Notes: a model not told the origin generated them from the letters alone. 64,000 nucleotides of DNA from Cyanobacteriota bacterium (GCA_040752795.1 JBFMGH010000264.1:37978-101977); one strand, 5' to 3'. Shown: positions 18,320-28,215, numbered from the stretch's first letter. Program-made: numbers and translations.

Positions 18320-19897
18320 TTGAATATTATGAAAAGAATAAATAAAGGTAGCAGTACAAAACAAATGTTGATTATTGGTGGAATAATAGCATTGGTTGTT
18401 ATATCTGTATGGATGATCCCTAATACAGTATTATCACTTGATGGTATGCTTTCTAAGGGTGAAATGTATCAGAAAACAGGAAGGACAGCTCTTGCATTAA
18501 AGATTTATAAAAAGGCTATAGATATGTATCCTGCAAGTTATGAAGCGCATTTGCATATGGGGAATGCTCTTTTAGAGGCTGATGAACCAGAACTTGCAAA
18601 AGTAGAGTTTGATAAAGCTGTTGAATTAAGTGGTAATTCCAAGAGTAAATTTGATGCACAGATTGCAATGTCTATAATGTTGATTTCTGAAAATAAATTT
18701 GATAAGGCAGAGAACTTGTTATTATCTGTTGAAGATCCAAAACCAGATAAAATTAAAGTTAAACTTGCTGAATTATACACACAGTGGGGAGATAAATTCT
18801 TGTCTGAGAGTAAAAGAAATGAGGCTATTGAAAAATATAAACTGGCCTTTAAGAATTATGATTCTTTAGATGTTGAATCGCAGCAAAAAGTTGAAGATAA
18901 AGTCATTAAAACATATATAGATATAGCAAATTATCACTTAAATCAAAAGAAACAGGATCAGGCTATTGTGGCATTAAATCAGTCTATTGATTTTATAGAT
19001 AATCCAACTGCTCATATTAAGCTTGCTGAAATGTATAGAAAGCAAAATAAAAGAGATGAAGCTATAGCAGAGTATGAAAAAGCATATGACTTAGATACAA
19101 CTGGCACAGCAGCACTTTATTTAGGTGAGCTTCTGGTTGATAAAGGTGTTGAGTTAGCCAAGAAAAATAAGATGGATGAGGCAAAGATTTGTTTTGAAAA
19201 GGCTCAAGAAGCTAATCCAAGTATAATAATACCTGCTGAGATACTTTATTCTATTTCAATAAATAAAATAGAATCATCTTTGACCCCTAATACAGTTACT
19301 GATAAATTATTTCCTAAAGTGTCTTTTGTTGTTGAAAATCAAGGTAAAGATAAAATTGATTTTCTTAAGGTTCAGGTTGTATTTTTTGATTCAGGTAACA
19401 TAATTAGCAGAATTGAAAAGATAGTAGTCTCTAAAAAGGAACCTTTAGAGTCTAATGAATCTACCAAGCAAATTACATTATCTTCGTCTAAAGGAATTGA
19501 GGGTATTAAAAAATCTCATTTAATTCAGGCTAAAGTTTATCTTATCTATGGTGATTATACTGATTGGAAATTTGCAAGAACTGTTACTATGACAAAACAA
19601 AAAGACGTGTTTGCTGTTAAAGGTGGTTCTACTAAAAAACCAGATACAACAACCAGTGTAGCAGTAACTTCTAAGCCAAGCTTATCGACGGATACCGCAT
19701 CGACCTCGATCACTAAAAAACCTGATACTGGTCAGGTGGCAGTTGATAAACCTCAGATCCCTCAGGTTAATACATCAATGCCTGTTCCTCAACCGATACC
19801 AATACCAGTTCATGTTCAACCTGTTTCTAATCCGGGTGGAAATTCAGGAGTAGATCTTCCACCTATTAATAAAAATAGTGAATTTAAAATTGAGTAA
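18320..19897 (+). CDS. Membrane-anchored TPR-repeat protein with a Pro-rich C-terminal tail
   Basis: An N-terminal TM helix is followed by multiple TPR-like repeats (YEAHLHMGNALL, AEMYRKQNKRDEAIAEYEKAY) and a C-terminal PxP-rich low-complexity segment. Confidence 0.6.
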   Translation: MNIMKRINKGSSTKQMLIIGGIIALVVISVWMIPNTVLSLDGMLSKGEMYQKTGRTALALKIYKKAIDMYPASYEAHLHMGNALLEADEPELAKVEFDKAVELSGNSKSKFDAQIAMSIMLISENKFDKAENLLLSVEDPKPDKIKVKLAELYTQWGDKFLSESKRNEAIEKYKLAFKNYDSLDVESQQKVEDKVIKTYIDIANYHLNQKKQDQAIVALNQSIDFIDNPTAHIKLAEMYRKQNKRDEAIAEYEKAYDLDTTGTAALYLGELLVDKGVELAKKNKMDEAKICFEKAQEANPSIIIPAEILYSISINKIESSLTPNTVTDKLFPKVSFVVENQGKDKIDFLKVQVVFFDSGNIISRIEKIVVSKKEPLESNESTKQITLSSSKGIEGIKKSHLIQAKVYLIYGDYTDWKFARTVTMTKQKDVFAVKGGSTKKPDTTTSVAVTSKPSLSTDTASTSITKKPDTGQVAVDKPQIPQVNTSMPVPQPIPIPVHVQPVSNPGGNSGVDLPPINKNSEFKIE

Positions 19898-19904
19898 ATA
19901 AATT

Positions 19905-20558
19905 CTAGAAAGGGTTGCCAAAAGTATTTAAAGAAACAATTTTAAAGAGTTCTTTTCTGCTTTTAGGAGGTTTTTCTTCATCCGGGTAACCTACTACTAG
20001 CATTGCTACAATAATTACGTCTTCAGGCAGGTTTAATTTTTTAGTGGTTTCTTTATATATATCTAAGTTGGATTTAGTTAAAGTGTTGCCCATTCCACCT
20101 ATAATGCATCCACTTAATCCCTGATTTTCTATTTCGAGTGTCATGTAAGCTATAGCATAAGTAACTTCTTCTACAGTTCTCATTATAACAGTATCATCAC
20201 CTAACAATTTAGGGTTAAAAGCAGGGCTATTGAGTAGGCGGTCTATTTTATCTTGTGTAATATTAGGTCTTGAAGATATAATATCTTTATAATTATCAGG
20301 ATTCCAGGAATCTAAAGTTCCACAGCATACAATTAATGTATTTGCATTGCTAACATGTGGTTGCCCAAATGAAAGTTCCCCTAATAGTTTAATGGTTTCT
20401 TTATCTTGAACAATAATAAAATGCCATGGCTGAACATTTACCCATGATGGTGCTAATTGACCGGCCTTTAATATTTCTAATAACTGTTCTCTGGAAGGCT
20501 TTTTATCGCTAAATTGTCTATTGCAGCAACGTTCTTTAATTACTTTAGTTAATTCCAT
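19905..20558 (-). CDS. Nitroreductase-family (NAD(P)H:FMN) oxidoreductase
   Basis: An N-terminal nitroreductase signature is present: CCNRQFSDKKPSREQLLEILKAGQLAPSWVNVQPWHFIIV. Confidence 0.8.
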   Translation of the reverse strand: MELTKVIKERCCNRQFSDKKPSREQLLEILKAGQLAPSWVNVQPWHFIIVQDKETIKLLGELSFGQPHVSNANTLIVCCGTLDSWNPDNYKDIISSRPNITQDKIDRLLNSPAFNPKLLGDDTVIMRTVEEVTYAIAYMTLEIENQGLSGCIIGGMGNTLTKSNLDIYKETTKKLNLPEDVIIVAMLVVGYPDEEKPPKSRKELFKIVSLNTFGNPF

Positions 20559-20693
20559 AGTTTACCTCCAATATTATTTTCAATGGAAGAGTATAGCATA
20601 AAAAACAAGTGCCTTTTAATTAATGAATATATATATCTGTGTAGACCTTTTAAAAATAAACTATAGACTTATTGATAGATTAGTATATTTGCG

Positions 20694-20963
20694 TTATATA
20701 TATTGTTTATTATATGTAATTCCTAATGGTTGTGTTAGTTCAAATATATCATTCCAAAATGAGTCTGTTTCATCTGTAGTTGATGAGCTTTGACAAATAA
20801 TTTGGAGATTACACAATTCTTCTCTTAATGTAAACATATTAATATCAACAATATTAACTCGATATCTGCTAAATAAGGATGTTAATTGCGCTACTTCCTT
20901 AGTACTAAGGTTTCCGCTAAAACTAATGCGTATTTTTCCGCTACACATTTTTATTGTTGGCAT
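20694..20963 (-). CDS. Small hypothetical protein (89 aa), possibly with an ACT-like fold. Last gene of the LCP operon
   Basis: The ORF is tightly coupled (1-bp gap) to the upstream gene on the same strand. It has no clear motif. Confidence 0.35.
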   Translation of the reverse strand: MPTIKMCSGKIRISFSGNLSTKEVAQLTSLFSRYRVNIVDINMFTLREELCNLQIICQSSSTTDETDSFWNDIFELTQPLGITYNKQYI

Positions 20964-20964
20964 G

Positions 20965-21738
20965 TTAGTTTGCTAATCTTATTTTTTCGGTAAAACCTAT
21001 TTGCTGAAGAATTTCATAAGACTTCATACCTAATTCAGTTTTTGGTTGTGATTTAACAACTTCTACAAAATATTTAACAGCTTCTTTTTCTTTATTTTGT
21101 CCTAAATATATTAAAGCTAGTTGATAATAAGCTTTGTCTCTGAGTAAAGCAGCATCTAATGCAAGTTTTTTCTCTACTTGAGCTTGATTTTTTGCTGTAT
21201 CTATATTATTTAACTTTTGAAATAACTGGATATGATATTCTGTTAAAATTGTTAGCCATTCCGTAAGTGGTTCAACTATTGTTTTAGCGCCAGTATAGTC
21301 TTTATTTTTAATAAGTTCTTTTGTTTTTTCAAGCTCCATAAATGGGTAGGCAAGACCTAATTTATTTTTTGGATCAGCTATAAGGCTTTGTAGTGGTTGG
21401 TCTGGTTGTGTTTGCAGGTTTTCAATTTGTGGTTGAGTCTCAACTGGTTTTATATCTGTTTGTGGTGAGGTCTCGGGATCTTCTTTTATTGTGAAAGGAG
21501 ACATTTCTTCAGAGTTATCAGCTGGAGGTAAGGTTTCTTCACCTGTATCTGTAGGAGTATCTGTTGAAAAAGGTGACTGGATATCAGCCGGCTGCATTAT
21601 TTTTTGAGGTTCTCCTATTGTTGTAAGAGGTGCTTCTTGCGAATAAGCTGAATTGTTTATATTTAATAATAGTACCAGGCCTAATAATATGCTAAGTTTA
21701 TTAATATTATTGCTTGATTTAAGTTCAATTCTAGTCAT
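20965..21738 (-). CDS. Secreted hypothetical protein with a Pro/Thr/Glu-rich linker and a TPR-like C-terminal domain
   Basis: It has an N-terminal signal peptide (LSILLGLVLLLNINNSAYSQEA), a low-complexity PETSPQTD region, and TPR-like helices (YQLALIYLGQNKEKEAVKYF). Confidence 0.45.
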   Translation of the reverse strand: MTRIELKSSNNINKLSILLGLVLLLNINNSAYSQEAPLTTIGEPQKIMQPADIQSPFSTDTPTDTGEETLPPADNSEEMSPFTIKEDPETSPQTDIKPVETQPQIENLQTQPDQPLQSLIADPKNKLGLAYPFMELEKTKELIKNKDYTGAKTIVEPLTEWLTILTEYHIQLFQKLNNIDTAKNQAQVEKKLALDAALLRDKAYYQLALIYLGQNKEKEAVKYFVEVVKSQPKTELGMKSYEILQQIGFTEKIRLAN

Positions 21739-21747
21739 TTTTCCTCC

Positions 21748-23031
21748 TTAAGTGTCGTTGCCAAGTACTATTGTATAATCGCTAGGTGCACAATAGACCT
21801 CTTTGGGTGATAAAAATGCAGGGGCATTTTCTAACTCTGACAAATCATATCTTAGTTGATTTGTAGTTTCAAGTGTTGCTCGACTTGAGTGAGATATTAT
21901 CTTTGTATGAACTTCTTTTGTTGTGTTTTTACAGACAACTTTATAATTTGCCCCTTCTAATGTTTCTTTGAGGGTTTCAATTAGTTCTTTTTTCTCTGGA
22001 GAATAAAGAATACTTACGGTGATTGCTTCTTCTTTACTATTGTTTGATATATTAGATTCTTCAAAACCATATACTAGTCTGTCTACAAGAATTTGTGCTC
22101 TGTCAACATCTATTAACCAGTAGCTAACCCTGCTATACATAGAAGGAGTTCCAGGAATGGTTGCAATTTGTATCTTATTAAGATCAATATCTTTAGTAAA
22201 CCCTCCCAGCTTTAACATAGTAGTTAAGCTCATATCAGTTTTAACGTATTTTTGAGACAATTCAATAAGTTGAGGAAGTTTAAATACAGTAGCAGGTTCT
22301 TTTAGCTTTTCAAGAATAGCTTTCATAAACCATTGTTGTCTTTTTATTCTTCCAATGTCTCCTTCAGCATCATGCCTGAAACGAAGATAACCTTCAGCAT
22401 GTTCAGCATCTAAATGCTGTTTGCCTGGTTGTAAATCTATGTATAATTTGCCAGAATGATCTGTATATTTCATTCTCTTTTCTACAAAAACATCTACTCC
22501 GCCAAGAGCTTTAACCACTTCTTTAAATCCAGCGTAATCAATGATTACATAATGATCAATCTTTATTCCTAGCGTTTGTTCAACAGTTTTAACAGCTAAT
22601 TCAGGCCCACCGTATGCGTGAGCTGCATTTATTTTATCAACCCCTCTGTTATCAGCAAGATAAACTTTACTATCTCTTGGAATAGAAAGCCCATTGATAG
22701 TTTTTTGGACGGGATCAAAAATAGCTACAATCATTGTATCGGTGCGTGTTCCTTTGAAAGGATCTGTGCCTCTGCCGTTTGAGTCAACACCCATAGCAAG
22801 AATAGTCATTTTTTTCTTAATTGATGGCAGTGCTGGAGAACCTGTTCCAGCTTTAAATATGTTTATACTGTCTGATAGATTACCTGTTATTTCTTTTATA
22901 GAAGGGTGCCAGATTATATGTATAATCCATATAATTGCTGCACTTATAATAAAACTGGTAAAAATTGTTAACAACCACCAACCAAAGGTTAGTTCAACAT
23001 TTTTTTTCTTTGATATTCTTGTTTCTTGCAT
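21748..23031 (-). CDS. LytR-CpsA-Psr (LCP) family cell-envelope polymer phosphotransferase
   Basis: An N-terminal TM helix precedes an LCP catalytic domain (ILAMGVDS...RTDTMIVAIFDP...GLSIPRDSKV...INAAHAYGGPELAVKTVEQTLGIKIDHYVIIDYAGFKEVVKALGGVDV) and a C-terminal LytR_C-like region. Confidence 0.85.
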   Translation of the reverse strand: MQETRISKKKNVELTFGWWLLTIFTSFIISAAIIWIIHIIWHPSIKEITGNLSDSINIFKAGTGSPALPSIKKKMTILAMGVDSNGRGTDPFKGTRTDTMIVAIFDPVQKTINGLSIPRDSKVYLADNRGVDKINAAHAYGGPELAVKTVEQTLGIKIDHYVIIDYAGFKEVVKALGGVDVFVEKRMKYTDHSGKLYIDLQPGKQHLDAEHAEGYLRFRHDAEGDIGRIKRQQWFMKAILEKLKEPATVFKLPQLIELSQKYVKTDMSLTTMLKLGGFTKDIDLNKIQIATIPGTPSMYSRVSYWLIDVDRAQILVDRLVYGFEESNISNNSKEEAITVSILYSPEKKELIETLKETLEGANYKVVCKNTTKEVHTKIISHSSRATLETTNQLRYDLSELENAPAFLSPKEVYCAPSDYTIVLGNDT

Positions 23032-23447
23032 GTTTTAAAGCTTCAAAATAGTAATATTTATTCTCTCAGATAAGTTTGGTTTTGAAGTTAGTAGGGTTCT
23101 ATTTTATATTCTCTTATAGAGTATTTTAAAATTTGATTCTAAAACTCTAGTCCTGATAATTAATTTTCTACTAACCTAGCTAAAGCTGCATGAATACCTT
23201 AACTTATTATTGTAAATTACCACTATAATTAAGATGTGTCAATTATAAGAAGTCTTTCTATCTTTATAATAAAGAATTTTTACTTATATTAATACTTCTT
23301 TTCTATTCTTTTGAGATTAATTTAGCATCTTTCATTCACTCTTTCTAAACTAAATTTTTATATAAATTTCTTTCAAAAATGTAACAATTCATATTTCTAA
23401 ATGTCATAATACTAATATACTTATAAATAATATTAAGAGGGGAATAA

Positions 23448-23777
23448 ATGAATTTAAGCCGTATAAATAAGTTTTTTACGACATTTTTACATAATGTTGA
23501 ATTAGCATGGCGGTTATTTTTTGATATGCGGATTCCGTTGTTAACAAAAATTATTTTTATAGTTGTTTTATCAATATATGTATTGAGTCCAATTGATTTT
23601 ATACCAGATTTATTGCCTGTAGTAGGTCAGGTAGATGATCTGGTTGTATTGGTATTTTGTTTGGTTCAATTTATTGAAGCTTGTCCTCTGAGTGTAGTTG
23701 ATGAACATAAGCAGGCAATTACTAATGGTGAATGGAAAATACCTTTCCTGAAGTTTTTAACTGGCGGAGGAAGATAA
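23448..23777 (+). CDS. DUF1232 (YkvA-like) small membrane protein
   Basis: The conserved DUF1232 motif is present (PIDFIPDLLPVVGQVDDLVVLVF). Confidence 0.65.
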   Translation: MNLSRINKFFTTFLHNVELAWRLFFDMRIPLLTKIIFIVVLSIYVLSPIDFIPDLLPVVGQVDDLVVLVFCLVQFIEACPLSVVDEHKQAITNGEWKIPFLKFLTGGGR

Positions 23778-23873
23778 CTTTAGTGCTTTTATTGCTCAGT
23801 CTGTACTTATAATATTTATTTTTTATAATAGTCATAATAGTTAAACAAAATGAAAATTTTGGGAGATTTCTAA

Positions 23874-24896
23874 ATGTTTAGAAGATTAGTAATTATAAAT
23901 TCATTTTTAGTGCTGGCTCTTTTAATATTTTTAACATCCTGTAATCAGCCTGCACAACAACAAGATACGTCTCAGCAACCACAACAGGAGAATTTTGGCC
24001 CTGCTCCTGACTATAAAGAAATTGAAAACGTTTTGCAAGATCCCAGCCCTATTGTTAAACTTCAGGGTCTGAAAAGGCTTAAAACAATGAGACACCCTGA
24101 TTCTATTAATATTTTTATTAAGGTTTTAAAAGACAATGTTGATGAAAAAGAAGTGCGCAATTATGCTATTAAAGGTATTGTTGATTATAAAGATTTAGCT
24201 GTTGCTCCAATAAAAGAACAACTGTGGGATCAAAACAATATTAAGTATCAAGCCGTTGCATTTAAAGTATTATCTGAGGTTATACCGAAGGAAGAGTTTT
24301 TCTCGGAAGTTACAGATAGATATTATAATACCCCTTATTCGGATGCAGCAGCTGGTTTTAGGAGGCTTCTTGTAAGGTACATCACTGAAAATGCTGATCC
24401 GGAAGATCCAAATGCTCTGGCAGATGTGGTAGGAATGCTTAGAGATTCAGATAGAAGTGTTATAAGTACTGCTTCAAGTACGCTTGGTGCATGGAAAACA
24501 GATAAAGTCGTTGAATTAGTCACAGAATCTTATAAACAGCACCCGGAAGATGAGAGGTTGACAATGGCTATTTTGCAAGCTTTTAGTAATTATGAGAAGC
24601 CAAGCCAGGATAACCCTGCACCAATTAAAGATATTACGGTATTTTTACAATCGTTTGGTAGTTATAATGAAGAAATTCAAAAAGAAGCCTTTTCTGGTTT
24701 ATGGCATTATGGCTATGAAGATCCGGAAGGAAAAATTCTTAACCATATAAATAGTTTTGCAAATTGTAATGATGAACTTGTAAGGTCACACGTTGTAAAC
24801 CTGCAGGGCAAACTACCTCAAAATGTATATCCGGAAAATCAAGCACCGATTTTTGAACTGCCTAACGCTACCCAGCGAGAAGGTTTTTGTAAATAA
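23874..24896 (+). CDS. HEAT/ARM-repeat lipoprotein
   Basis: A signal peptide with a lipobox-like LTSC is followed by repeated HEAT-like helical pairs (VKLQGLKRLKTMRHPDSINIFIKVLKD...). Confidence 0.6.
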   Translation: MFRRLVIINSFLVLALLIFLTSCNQPAQQQDTSQQPQQENFGPAPDYKEIENVLQDPSPIVKLQGLKRLKTMRHPDSINIFIKVLKDNVDEKEVRNYAIKGIVDYKDLAVAPIKEQLWDQNNIKYQAVAFKVLSEVIPKEEFFSEVTDRYYNTPYSDAAAGFRRLLVRYITENADPEDPNALADVVGMLRDSDRSVISTASSTLGAWKTDKVVELVTESYKQHPEDERLTMAILQAFSNYEKPSQDNPAPIKDITVFLQSFGSYNEEIQKEAFSGLWHYGYEDPEGKILNHINSFANCNDELVRSHVVNLQGKLPQNVYPENQAPIFELPNATQREGFCK

Positions 24897-24897
24897 T

Positions 24898-25812
24898 TTA
24901 AGTTTTAAAACTAAGCAATTTATATAATAACTTTGCTGCTGTAAAGTCTGAAGGTGTGCTTGTTTCATTAGGAGCCAGCTCAACTATATCCGCTGCCATA
25001 ACATTGAACTGTTTAAATAATGTTTCAAGTAAATTGATAACTTCATACCAGTTGAGACCTCCTGGTTCAGGGGTTCCAACAGCTGGTATAACTGAGGGGT
25101 CAAAACCATCCAGGTCGATAGTTAAATACACATTTGTATTGGTTATTGATTTTATTACTTCTTTAATATCTAGACCGGTTTTGCTGGCAAAGAATGTTTT
25201 AATTTTATTGGGATTATTCTTTATTAACAGGTGCTCTTCTTTATCTATTGCCCTGATTCCTACCTGAATAATTGGAATATTCTCATTAAAGGCATGTCGA
25301 AGGGCACATGCATGGTTATATGGATCATTATTGAACTCTGATCTTATGTCACTGTGAGCATCTATCTGTAAAATACATATATCTGGAGAATGTGCCTGGC
25401 AAGCTAAAATTCCTCCGTGCGAAATGCTGTGTTCTCCTCCTAATATTACAGGGAATTTCCCATCTTTAAGACATTTATCTACTTCTTCTCCGATATTTTT
25501 CCATATTTGTTTTATATCTGTGTTGACATTTATTTCTTTTAAACTGATCCCTTTGAAGCATGGTTCACTTTCGCTATCAATATCATACATTTCTACATGT
25601 GCTGATGCTTTTATTATTGCTTCTGGTGCTTTATCAGATCCTCTTAGGTATGAAACAGTTTCTGAGTAGGGAACACATATGATATGATATTTGCTAGTAT
25701 TATAATTTGTGAGTTCTTCTTCTATTTCAAATGGTGTAATTATATTTCCTTCAGTGTCTTTCATGCTCATAAAGTTTATAAACTCCATAAAAATCATGCT
25801 TAAACAATACAA
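24898..25812 (-). CDS. Arginase/agmatinase/formiminoglutamase-family ureohydrolase (agmatinase-like)
   Basis: The Mn-binding signatures are present (GGEHSISHGG, DAHSD, DLDGFDP). The true start is probably an internal Met (MEFINFMSMKD or MSMKD), about 8-16 codons downstream of the longest ORF. Confidence 0.8.
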   Translation of the reverse strand: MYCLSMIFMEFINFMSMKDTEGNIITPFEIEEELTNYNTSKYHIICVPYSETVSYLRGSDKAPEAIIKASAHVEMYDIDSESEPCFKGISLKEINVNTDIKQIWKNIGEEVDKCLKDGKFPVILGGEHSISHGGILACQAHSPDICILQIDAHSDIRSEFNNDPYNHACALRHAFNENIPIIQVGIRAIDKEEHLLIKNNPNKIKTFFASKTGLDIKEVIKSITNTNVYLTIDLDGFDPSVIPAVGTPEPGGLNWYEVINLLETLFKQFNVMAADIVELAPNETSTPSDFTAAKLLYKLLSFKT

Positions 25813-25917
25813 TTATATTAAGTAATTGTTAAGAATGTATCGCAAATGTATCAACTTTTTACTTTTAGTTGTTTTATAAAATTAACGAAATTAGTCTTCA
25901 GTGCTTGGTAAAAGTGT

Positions 25918-27456
25918 ATGCTCTCTCAAATAAATTTAAATTCATATAATACTATACCTACATATAAAAAAGGCTTAACAAGAAAGCCGGAGGCTATTGT
26001 TACAAAGAATTCTCAACTAAATAGTGATGTTAAATTTACAGGATTAGGTAGCTTTATAACTAGCCCTGTTATGTCAATGAGTGTATTACCTAAATTACAA
26101 GACCAGGCATTAAAACAAGCATACATTGAAGTCAATAAATTTGCTGATGCACAGGGCAAAGCAGATTTAAAATTTTTGTTAGATAATGGAAAGCTCTTAT
26201 CAAATGATGCCGATGATGGCAGTAGTACATTATTAAATCTTGCCAGAATAGTTAGAGAGCCCAGAGCTAATGGCTTAGACTCAAAAATAATTCTGAATAG
26301 TACTTTAAGAGCACTGGCTAACCCTTATTCTATAACTCAGAACTTTGGTAAACTTTCACCTGAAGTTTCTAATATGATTATGAATGATCCAAATTATTCT
26401 AAAGTAGCTGGTGCAGTAGGCCTTGATACTAATCAGAATGCTAATGTCGCTTTTACCGCACAGAAGAAATCACAACAGGTTCAGCAAAATCAATCTAATT
26501 TACCGGCTGCGTATAATGTAGAAGCCAGTGGCACCTGTGTTGCAGCCAGTATGGAATTTAATTTAGCTGATAAACGCCCAGCTGAATTTGCTAGATATGC
26601 TGCTGACCTTACAAGCCCAAAAATGGCTGTAGAAGAAGTTTTCAACTTTAGCGATATTGATCCAGATCCTCTTTCTGCAATGTATTGGTTGGATCAATTT
26701 AATGTAGAGTATGATGCAGATAATTTCACCACAGGCAAAGTTATTTTAAGACCAGATCAAGCAGCTATTTATAGAGCTATTTCTCAGAGTAAATCAAGAT
26801 CTGAAGGCTCTCGTTCTCCTTTAGATGTATTAATGCAGTCTACATTTATGCAACTTGGTAGTGCTAAATCTTATAATTCTTTAACAGACATAAGAACTGG
26901 AGGATTCAATCAGTCTGATCGTGGTTTAACTGAGTTTGAAAAAAGTATGGCTGAAGCAATTGTCGATGATAAAGGTGGTAAGTCTTCAGTTACTTATCAA
27001 GTCGTTGACGATAACGCATTCTTAGTTGGTTACAACAAAAATTACCAGGATACTTTAATGGATATTATTAATTCATTAAAATCCGGGTTTAATGTAATTG
27101 TTGGTATTACTGAGACAGATGCTAATGCACAAATTACAGGTGGACACGAAATAACAATAGTAGGAAGTAAATTAGGCCAGGATGGGAAATTATACTTCAT
27201 TTGTAATGATACTGATGATGATATTGCCAGACCTATTGAACTATCAGCTAATGAATTAATTCCGAAAATTCATCACGCAGGTATTCCAAACGTAGTTATA
27301 AATAAGAATCCTCAACCAGTCCAAGAGAAACCTATAATAATTCAAAATCCTCCACAGCTTAATGCGGCTCTTGCTACAGTTCCAGTTCAGCAATCAAATT
27401 TTCAACCAGCTTTAAATAATAGTCTTAATCAGTCAAGACTTAATCTTGTTGCATAA
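25918..27456 (+). CDS. Large hypothetical protein (512 aa), Asn/Gln-rich, with a possible Cys/His hydrolase core
   Basis: It has no signal peptide. The motif SGTCVAASMEFNL resembles the nucleophile-Cys helix of C39/papain-like peptidases, and GGHEITIVG is a candidate His. This is weak, unverified similarity. Confidence 0.5.
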   Translation: MLSQINLNSYNTIPTYKKGLTRKPEAIVTKNSQLNSDVKFTGLGSFITSPVMSMSVLPKLQDQALKQAYIEVNKFADAQGKADLKFLLDNGKLLSNDADDGSSTLLNLARIVREPRANGLDSKIILNSTLRALANPYSITQNFGKLSPEVSNMIMNDPNYSKVAGAVGLDTNQNANVAFTAQKKSQQVQQNQSNLPAAYNVEASGTCVAASMEFNLADKRPAEFARYAADLTSPKMAVEEVFNFSDIDPDPLSAMYWLDQFNVEYDADNFTTGKVILRPDQAAIYRAISQSKSRSEGSRSPLDVLMQSTFMQLGSAKSYNSLTDIRTGGFNQSDRGLTEFEKSMAEAIVDDKGGKSSVTYQVVDDNAFLVGYNKNYQDTLMDIINSLKSGFNVIVGITETDANAQITGGHEITIVGSKLGQDGKLYFICNDTDDDIARPIELSANELIPKIHHAGIPNVVINKNPQPVQEKPIIIQNPPQLNAALATVPVQQSNFQPALNNSLNQSRLNLVA

Positions 27457-27557
27457 AAACAGGTTTTTAAATTTAAAGAGTGTAAAAAACTGATATGACT
27501 TACATTGAATCTATAAGATTCGTTTTACTAAGATGTAATGCTATACTTTGGGTCATA

Positions 27558-27586
27558 TTGTCAAAATCTTCAATTTATATGATAAT
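27558..27586 (+). promoter_or_regulatory. Sigma70-like promoter (TTGTCA-17-GATAAT) for tRNA-Ala
   Basis: TTGTCA at 27558-27563 and GATAAT at 27581-27586. The tRNA starts at 27607. Confidence 0.4.
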
Positions 27587-27606
27587 TAATGCTACAAAGA
27601 AAAATT

Positions 27607-27679
27607 TGGGGCGTTGGCGCAGTTGGTAGCGCGCTTGAATGGCATTCAAGAGGCCACGAGTTCGAATCTCGTACGCTCC
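27607..27679 (+). tRNA. tRNA-Ala (anticodon GGC) with the G3:U70 identity pair
   Basis: Acceptor GGGGCGT/ACGCTCC with a G3-U70 wobble, anticodon stem-loop CTTGA-ATGGCAT-TCAAG, T-loop AGTTCGAATCT, and a T-rich tract follows. Confidence 0.85.
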
Positions 27680-27715
27680 AAAATTTTTTATAGCAGCTTT
27701 TTTAATTTTAAAAAT

Positions 27716-28213
27716 TTATGTTTCAGCTGGCTCTTCAATGAAACTACGTTCTAGTTTCCTGAGAATCTTTACAAGCTCGGATTCATTGTCTTTCATTAGG
27801 GGGTCAACAAGAATGGTAACAGAACCAAGCTTTTTTCCTACCCAGATATCTGTGAGTGGTCTATCTCCTACTACGGCTATTTCGTTTGGTTTTAGTTCCA
27901 TTTCCTCAAGAGTCTGCATTATTATTTTTACTTGAGGTTTCTTTGCTTTTCCGTATACAGGGCAACCTATTACTTTAGCTGCATTTTCAATATAATTATC
28001 TTTATGATTATTGCTTACTACTGCAATTTTAAAATCTTCTTTTACTTTTTTTAACCAATCTTCAATGTCTTCTGTTAATCTTCCGGTTTTTGGGGCCATA
28101 ATAGTGTTATCAAGATCAAATACGAAACCTTTAATGCCTTTAGACTTAAGATCTTTCAGATCTATGTCTGTAACATGCTGTAGTATATAGTCTGCTTTGA
28201 GCTTGAAAAACAT
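27716..28213 (-). CDS. HAD-superfamily phosphatase, YqeG/subfamily IIIA type
   Basis: HAD motif I (GFVFDLDNTI), a conserved Lys and a C-terminal DD-type motif (VGDRPLTD) are present, at about 165 aa. Confidence 0.75.
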   Translation of the reverse strand: MFFKLKADYILQHVTDIDLKDLKSKGIKGFVFDLDNTIMAPKTGRLTEDIEDWLKKVKEDFKIAVVSNNHKDNYIENAAKVIGCPVYGKAKKPQVKIIMQTLEEMELKPNEIAVVGDRPLTDIWVGKKLGSVTILVDPLMKDNESELVKILRKLERSFIEEPAET

Positions 28214-28215
28214 GT

